Source: a virus. From it: a DNA stretch of 5,082 nt. Location of the stretch: IMG/VR virus record IMGVR_UViG_3300029564_000057, positions 1 to 5,082 of that record, one strand, 5' to 3'. The notes beneath the pieces were generated by a model. It was not told where the DNA came from. It ran no database searches and was given only the letters and a program-made list of their open reading frames with translations. The position numbers and the translations under genes were made by a program. Shown here one piece after another: positions 1 to 3,594 of this stretch. Within the stretch, counting starts at the first letter, position 1. The number at the start of each line of letters is the position of its first letter.

Positions 1-99
1 AGGGATGACATAATCAGTACTATCATCAGGGTCTTCTTGCTCGAAGCAGAAGTTCTGCCAATGTTCCCATACTAGGCGGTTTGGGACGAAAAAGAAAAA
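1..99. repeat. Terminal direct repeat copy 1 (circular-contig overlap)
   Basis: Base-for-base identical to 4984..5082 by direct comparison. Base 100 (c) is where the window end cuts off the second copy. Confidence 0.97.
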
Positions 100-336
100 C
101 CAATCGAGATAGATATTATCCATAATAGGCTTAATCGGAGTAGCAAGTCGAGCGAAGTAATTGACAGACATCCTCGTAGTATCGCCAGGCAGTACTTCAT
201 CAACGAATACAGGTATGAGCTTACCTGAATTGAAAGTTGTCTTATAAACGTGCGAGCGATCGAATTTAGTTCGACGCATATACATTGCAGGAGCATCACT
301 GAAGCGATGTCCTCGAACTCTAATTTTTCGAGCCAA
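1..336 (-). CDS. VP1: Major capsid protein VP1, N-terminal segment (continues circularly into 3595..4983)
   Basis: My minus-strand translation from TTG at 336..334 is (M)ARKIRVRGHRFSDAPAMYMRRTKFDRSHVYKTTFNSGKLIPVFVDEVLPGDTTRMSVNYFARLATPIKPIMDNIYLDWFFFFVPNRLVWEHWQNF... The FDRSH..KTTFN.G.LIP..VDEVLPGDT block is the hallmark gokushovirus VP1 N-terminus. The frame is closed by TAG 27 nt upstream of the TTG. The SD AAGGTGAG lies 3 nt (GGTG core 5 nt) upstream of the TTG. Confidence 0.9.
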   Translation of the reverse strand, partial: MARKIRVRGHRFSDAPAMYMRRTKFDRSHVYKTTFNSGKLIPVFVDEVLPGDTTRMSVNYFARLATPIKPIMDNIYLDWFFFFVPNRLVWEHWQNFCFEQEDPDDSTDYVIP

Positions 337-360
337 TTTCTCACCTTCTTTAGAAGTGTA

Positions 361-398
361 AACCTAATAATTAACCTGAAGCGAATTATTATTAGGTT
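361..398. other. AT-rich stem-loop (11-bp stem 361..371 / 388..398, 16-nt loop) in the VP3-VP1 intergenic region
   Basis: aacctaataat pairs perfectly with attattaggtt. An alternative register is possible because aacct/aggtt recur inside the loop. Confidence 0.75.
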
Positions 399-411
399 TT
401 AGATTATTTTC

Positions 412-459
412 GCGTCACCTACGCCAGTTACATCAAGTAAGTAACTGGCTCGGTGACGC
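412..459. other. Long bipartite GC-rich stem-loop immediately after the VP3 stop codon
   Basis: The outer stem is 412..419 (gcgtcacc) with 452..459 (ggtgacgc), 8 bp. The inner stem is 423..431 (gccagttac) with 441..449 (gtaactggc), 9 bp. The loop is 432..440 and there are small internal loops. That makes 17 Watson-Crick pairs. On the coding strand it is not followed by a U-tract. Confidence 0.85.
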
Positions 460-942
460 CTATTTTTTCATTTCTTCATTTTTTTGCTCTAAAGTGTTAT
501 TTTTTTCTTGTGTTTGTTCATTGCTTAAGGACTGTTGTGGTTTATCAGAGGTATAATTATTACCATACAGACCTTGTTGTTGGAGGTATTCGAGGGTTAC
601 AGGATCATTCAATCGGTTGATGAAATTCATAGGATCGTGATCGAATTTAGCTCGAACGTAGGCGGGCAAGCTGTAGAATTCTTCACGAACTCCGGAAACA
701 AGTTCTAGAGCTGTGCTATAATCACCGGGAAGCGTTGCATCTCCGAACTGAAGATAAGCGTATTGCGAACTATCGCCGAGGTCGAGAGTAGCTATGCCTT
801 TCTGACCATCTGCGTACTTGTTGACGATGTAATTGATATCAGTTTCATCTTTCTCATCCTGAACCGTGAGGGAAGGCATAGTGAATTCAATGCCGCAATG
901 GTCATGTTCTTCTACAGGATCGTAAGCCGTTCTAAACTTCAT
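460..942 (-). CDS. VP3: Internal scaffolding protein VP3
   Basis: 160 aa. The layout matches gokushovirus VP3: N-terminal M-x-F-R-[ST]-A-Y, then SLTVQDEKDETDINYIVNKY, then a C-terminal LPAYVRAKFDHDPMNFINRLNDP..LEYLQQQGL block. A full consensus SD AAGGAGGTGA sits at 946..955, 3 nt before the ATG (GGAGG core 7 nt before). Confidence 0.82.
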   Translation of the reverse strand: MKFRTAYDPVEEHDHCGIEFTMPSLTVQDEKDETDINYIVNKYADGQKGIATLDLGDSSQYAYLQFGDATLPGDYSTALELVSGVREEFYSLPAYVRAKFDHDPMNFINRLNDPVTLEYLQQQGLYGNNYTSDKPQQSLSNEQTQEKNNTLEQKNEEMKK

Positions 943-990
943 AGTTTCACCTCCTTTCGCAGGCGCCTAGACGCGGCGGGCGTGGCGTAC

Positions 991-1021
991 AAAAAAAGGG
1001 CGATCTCTTTCGAGACCGTCC
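991..1021 (-). terminator. Rho-independent terminator (hairpin plus U7) between VP5 and VP3; bidirectional-looking
   Basis: The minus strand reads GGACGGTCTC-GAAA-GAGATCGCCC-TTTTTTT. The stem has 10 positions: 8 Watson-Crick pairs, 1 G:U wobble and 1 mismatch. The loop is a GNRA-type tetraloop and is followed by 7 T. An A5 tract precedes the stem, so the plus-strand reading also ends in T5. Confidence 0.65.
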
Positions 1022-1043
1022 TTTTTCTGACACGCTCTTTATT

Positions 1044-1072
1044 ATTTTATCATTTAATGGGGTCTTCGTCAA
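1044..1072 (-). promoter_or_regulatory. Sigma70-type promoter P2 (TTGACG-17 nt-TAAAAT with TGn extended -10) inside the VP5 3' end, facing VP3-VP1-VP2
   Basis: The minus strand reads cTTGACGaagaccccattaaaTGaTAAAATaataaag. The -35 is 1067..1072 (5/6 match), the spacer is exactly 17 nt, and the -10 is 1044..1049 (5/6 match) preceded by TGa. Confidence 0.55.
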
Positions 1073-1340
1073 GATCACGTACGTAATCTACGGCGCGACC
1101 AACCAATAGAGGAACGCGGGATTCGTCAGAACTGTCAATATAATAACGGCCATCAGAATCGCCAAGGTTACCGACATAATGAAGACTAAAATCTTCAGGA
1201 TAACTGTTAATGAGCGTCTTATCATCGTTAACTAACCCCTCGAAAGCTCGCAGCGCAAGCATATCATTGTGGTAGACCTGTGGAGGGCTGAATTGTTCAG
1301 CCTTGGAATCATAAATGCAATAGAGTCTCAGCAGAACCAT
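1050..1340 (-). CDS. VP5: Nonstructural protein VP5 (gokushovirus ORF5 family)
   Basis: 96 aa. The pattern ..YCIYDSKAEQFSPP....ND..ALRAF...VND.......YPEDFSL..VGN.D...G matches the conserved VP5 signature ([IV]YD.KA..F..P, A.R.F, P.D[FY].L..[IL]G.[FY]D). The first in-frame ATG is at 1340, but the SD AAGGAG abuts it directly, so the exact start is uncertain. Confidence 0.72.
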   Translation of the reverse strand: MVLLRLYCIYDSKAEQFSPPQVYHNDMLALRAFEGLVNDDKTLINSYPEDFSLHYVGNLGDSDGRYYIDSSDESRVPLLVGRAVDYVRDLDEDPIK

Positions 1341-1551
1341 CTCCTTTTCTAAACGCGACTAAATACCTACGAATCATGAGATATAATGTAGCTGATATGA
1401 CATAATAGTCATTATCTAGGCGAATAACTCTAGAATCATCAGGCTTAAGGCGGTAAGCGGCATATTTGCTTCCGCGAAAAGAATAATTGAATAGAATATT
1501 ATGATTGTTACAGAAATTTTCAATAACTTCAAGTTCGCTAATAAGCATCAC
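1309..1551 (-). CDS. Hypothetical protein (ORF80), orphan
   Basis: This is the only sizeable minus-strand ORF filling the 238-nt gap between VP4 and VP5 in an otherwise gap-free genome, and it is preceded by promoter P3. I recognise no family motif. The start is ambiguous (GTG 1551 or ATG 1548), and GAGGTG directly abuts the ATG. Its 3' end overlaps VP5 by 32 nt. Confidence 0.4.
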   Translation of the reverse strand: MMLISELEVIENFCNNHNILFNYSFRGSKYAAYRLKPDDSRVIRLDNDYYVISATLYLMIRRYLVAFRKGDGSAETLLHL

Positions 1552-1566
1552 CTCATTTCTGATCTA

Positions 1567-1595
1567 ATAATAACACAGTCACAACACCTTGTCAA
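1567..1595 (-). promoter_or_regulatory. Sigma70-type promoter P3 (TTGACA-17 nt-TATTAT with TGn) spanning the VP4 stop, facing ORF80-VP5
   Basis: The minus strand reads cTTGACAaggtgttgtgactgTGtTATTATtagatca. The -35 is 1590..1595 (6/6 match), the spacer is 17 nt, and the -10 is 1567..1572 (5/6 match) preceded by TGt. Confidence 0.55.
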
Positions 1596-2490
1596 GTTTT
1601 CGGCCAAGAAAATGCTTGTACTTGCCTTCCTGAACGCGGCAGCGATCAACAAGGCGCTCGAAAGTATTGTTCTCCAAGTTATGAAGCATCTTCTCAATAC
1701 GGTTATTACGAATATACTCCATCCAGTGAGGATGCGTTTCATCGAATTTATTATCGTAATAACGAGGAGGACGCATCTTTCTACCGTTGATGACAACGAA
1801 ATCATTAGCATAACACTCTTCACCATGCTCTTCAAGCCATTTTCCGCCTATGCCAGGACGATTGGATGCAAGCATAAACTCAGGAGTACGGCCATTATAA
1901 TGAGCAGCGGCTTCACTGCCAGTCTGCTTCTTCACTATGTAGCGCGCGACATAAGCAGCAGCGTCGAAACTGAAATCGCCAATAAGGTGCATACCGTATT
2001 TCCAGATTTTCGAAAACCGAGCAGAAGTATAAGTATTATAACCGTCTGCACGGAACCGAAAAACTTTGTCGCTGAAATCAATATTAAACAATATGTAATG
2101 ATAATGGGGACGACCATGAAGTTCACCATATTCACCGCAGCCGAGGAAGCGAATACCACTGCCATACTCACGACGAAGATTTTTCATGAAAGTCTGATGA
2201 AATTTCTTGCTCAAGCTCTTATCGCGGGGCAAGTGATAATCATCGAAAGTGCAAGTAACGAAGTAGGCTGAAGACGAAGTACGGGCTTCGTGAACAGCTC
2301 TGACAGCCCATTGACGAGAGTTTTCGAGCCGGCAGCCGATACACTGTTTGCAAGAACAGCGAATGAAACGGTTATCGTTAGCAAGCTCAGGGTGAGAAGC
2401 TAGACTGCCGTAGAAGGAATAATGTTGTTTTCCGTTTTTCGTGATTGCTCCTTCGACTGGGTACATTAGAATTGGATTGTAACAGACCAT
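1579..2490 (-). CDS. VP4: Replication initiation protein VP4 (HUH rolling-circle endonuclease, phiX174 gpA-like)
   Basis: Motif I is FVTCTF. The HUH motif II HYHYILF is at 2086..2106 (verified codon by codon). Motif III YVARYIVKK is at 1927..1953, with two Tyr spaced YxxxY as in phiX174 A. There is an N-terminal Cys cluster CSCKQCIGCR. I trimmed the start from the track's GTG 2499 to ATG 2490, because the GTG is part of the SD AGGTGA (acAGGTGAttaatATG) and homologues begin M-x-C-[YF]-x-P. Confidence 0.93.
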   Translation of the reverse strand: MVCYNPILMYPVEGAITKNGKQHYSFYGSLASHPELANDNRFIRCSCKQCIGCRLENSRQWAVRAVHEARTSSSAYFVTCTFDDYHLPRDKSLSKKFHQTFMKNLRREYGSGIRFLGCGEYGELHGRPHYHYILFNIDFSDKVFRFRADGYNTYTSARFSKIWKYGMHLIGDFSFDAAAYVARYIVKKQTGSEAAAHYNGRTPEFMLASNRPGIGGKWLEEHGEECYANDFVVINGRKMRPPRYYDNKFDETHPHWMEYIRNNRIEKMLHNLENNTFERLVDRCRVQEGKYKHFLGRKLDKVL

Positions 2491-2507
2491 ATTAATCACC
2501 TGTACCG

Positions 2508-2536
2508 ATTGTATCAGGATTAAGTCAGATTGTCAA
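2508..2536 (-). promoter_or_regulatory. Sigma70-type promoter P1 (TTGACA-17 nt-TACAAT with TGn) directly upstream of VP4
   Basis: The minus strand reads atTTGACAatctgacttaatccTGaTACAATcggtacAGGTGAttaatATG. The -35 is 2531..2536 (6/6 match) and overlaps the TGA stop of the 36-aa gene. The spacer is 17 nt. The -10 is 2508..2513 (5/6 match) preceded by TGa. Confidence 0.65.
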
Positions 2537-2643
2537 ATCCTAAATCCACCTCGTCCTACTCTCTTGAAATTTTTCCGACGAGATCTGGAGGTGCGCCGAA
2601 AGAGACGGCGAGAACCTCGTCTAGACAATTTTCGACGTTTCAT
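2533..2643 (-). CDS. Small arginine-rich DNA-binding/packaging protein (phiX174 J-like, gokushovirus VP8/ORF8-like), 36 aa
   Basis: Hand translation, checked codon by codon, gives MKRRKLSRRGSRRLFRRTSRSRRKNFKRVGRGGFRI*. That is 14 R plus 4 K out of 36 residues, with no acidic residues. Its ATG overlaps the upstream stop as ATGA (2640..2643). The SD GGAGG lies 8 nt upstream. It is too short for the supplied ORF track. Confidence 0.75.
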   Translation of the reverse strand: MKRRKLSRRGSRRLFRRTSRSRRKNFKRVGRGGFRI

Positions 2644-2879
2644 TTAGCGTCCCTCCAGGAACCGAAAAAACGGCTAGTTTTCTTAGAATCGTTCTTGTTA
2701 GAAACTGGCTCAACAAGTTTGTCAACATCGTGCGAAAAGTCGGATGCGACTTTACTGACCAGCTGAGTAGATGCAGTAGAACGACCTTTCAATGCTTCGA
2801 TCAGGTCCACGACTTCCTGAATGAAGGGGACAACAACGGTGACAATGAAAGTCAGAATCATAGTAGTTTTGTTAGACAT
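2640..2879 (-). CDS. Small membrane protein, 79 aa, single N-terminal transmembrane helix; function unknown (lysis candidate)
   Basis: The SD AAGGAG lies 9 nt before the ATG. The gene sits 14 nt after VP2 and is coupled by ATGA to the next gene. The sequence is MSNK followed by TTMILTFIVTVVVPFIQEVV (hydrophobic, with an internal Pro), then a polar charged tail. I recognise no family motif. Confidence 0.7.
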   Translation of the reverse strand: MSNKTTMILTFIVTVVVPFIQEVVDLIEALKGRSTASTQLVSKVASDFSHDVDKLVEPVSNKNDSKKTSRFFGSWRDAK

Positions 2880-2893
2880 TTAATAACACTCCT

Positions 2894-3580
2894 TTATTTC
2901 ATAAGATAGCCAATACCGCGAAGGATATGACCAATGCCAGAATTACTACCGCCTAGAGAATCATAGAAATCAGCTTCCTGCTTCGAGAGACGAGCATTCT
3001 GGGTGGCGAAGCTCGCAGCAGAATTAGACTGATTAGCTGAAGCTATGTTTGAAAGGACGCCTGAAGAGAGATAGGATCCTTGGAGCCTTAGATTCTGCAG
3101 CTCCTGGTCCATTTTCTGAAGCTCGTAGCCAAGACGCTTTTCATAAGTCTGCTCGAGGATATTCAAATTATTAGCCTTAATGCCATTATCGAGAACTACT
3201 CCATGGGTGTTCTGACGAAAGTAATCAGCTTCTGCGACGTTTCTCTCGATCTGAGATGACGCAAGATGCTCGACGTTCTTCGCCTGCCGTTCAGCGGCAC
3301 TAGCGGATCTAGCAGAGTTCATAGTAGAACCAATATCACTCATGCCTACAGAAGCAGCTGAAGCTCCAGCTATAGAACCGCCTATACCATTAGTGGCAGC
3401 AAGAATAGGATTGAGACCAGCGGCACGCATATCATCGACAGCCCACTGATAACGATGTTTATAATTTTCAACATTCCAAGCGTTAGCCTGTGCGGCATTA
3501 GCAGAATTGTAATGATTCTGAACTGCAGAGCCAAGAACAGAACCAGCGACACTACCTAATGTATCGGAGAGCCATGACAT
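2894..3580 (-). CDS. VP2: DNA pilot / minor capsid protein VP2
   Basis: 228 aa. It has a Gly/Ser/Ala-rich N-terminus and the conserved gokushovirus VP2 block YKHRYQWAVDDMRAAGLNPILA, followed by a coiled-coil-like segment (YEKRLGYELQKMDQELQNLRLQ). The SD AAGGAG lies 8 nt before the ATG. The gene starts 14 nt after the VP1 stop. Confidence 0.85.
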   Translation of the reverse strand: MSWLSDTLGSVAGSVLGSAVQNHYNSANAAQANAWNVENYKHRYQWAVDDMRAAGLNPILAATNGIGGSIAGASAASVGMSDIGSTMNSARSASAAERQAKNVEHLASSQIERNVAEADYFRQNTHGVVLDNGIKANNLNILEQTYEKRLGYELQKMDQELQNLRLQGSYLSSGVLSNIASANQSNSAASFATQNARLSKQEADFYDSLGGSNSGIGHILRGIGYLMK

Positions 3581-3594
3581 ATAACCAACTCCTT

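Noticed and set aside
72-344. 90-aa minus-strand ORF from the track
   Set aside because: It is out of frame with the clearly homologous VP1 N-terminus covering the same bases. Its GTG 'start' is part of the VP1 SD (AAGGTGAG), and its translation is low-complexity.
1416-1532. 38-aa hydrophobic alternative-frame ORF (TTG start; KLLKISVTIIIFYSIILFAEANMPLTALSLMILELFA) inside ORF80
   Set aside because: The start is non-ATG, lies 14 nt from the nearest SD-like motif, and sits in an AT-rich region that naturally yields I/L/F codons. There is no independent support.
1529-1535. AACTTGA, a second partial match to the phiX174 origin core, on the coding strand within ORF80
   Set aside because: A 7-mer match is expected by chance. 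The flanks (AGTTATTG against TATTAATAAC) agree only loosely, and there is no structural context. It is kept only as a control site for the nicking hypothesis at 432..438.
1935-2171. Very hydrophobic 78-aa ORF embedded in an alternative frame of VP4 on the coding strand (also 1548..1835 and, in VP1, 3804..4037), considered as phiX174 E/K/B-style overlapping genes
   Set aside because: They have GTG starts without an SD. Their length is within what stop-free alternative frames reach by chance in a genome of this size. The hydrophobicity is explained by T-rich second codon positions in the shifted frame. They would be worth revisiting only if VP4 alignments show suppressed synonymous variation here.
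1501-2271. Long plus-strand ORF (256 aa) and the other plus-strand ORFs (763..1086, 2530..2766, 3559..3777, 3778..4119, 4129..4365)
   Set aside because: All lie antisense to well-supported minus-strand genes. They have no SD and give low-complexity I/T/F/S-rich translations typical of shadow frames. Microviridae encode all genes on one strand. The 2530..2766 ORF is the antisense of the J-like and TM genes.
2590-2596. GGTGCGC, matching the first 7 nt of the XerC arm of E. coli dif, considered as a dif-like attP as in lysogenic enterobacterial gokushoviruses
   Set aside because: The remainder does not resemble a dif central region or XerD arm (TTATGTTAAAT). The site is inside a CDS, and I found no other dif-like 28-mer by eye.
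2577-2621. Compound stem-loop (gacgag/ctcgtc outer stem, cgccg/cggcg inner stem), considered as a terminator after the 79-aa gene
   Set aside because: It lies wholly inside the 36-aa Arg-rich CDS, and the complementarity comes from repeated CGN/AGA arginine codons. The stem is interrupted by large asymmetric bulges and there is no proper U-tract.
2720-2725. Additional TTGACA hexamers on the coding strand (2720..2725 and 1133..1138), considered as promoters
   Set aside because: No acceptable -10 lies at 16-18 nt. The best is TCTAAC for the first site and there is none for the second. Both are inside coding sequence.
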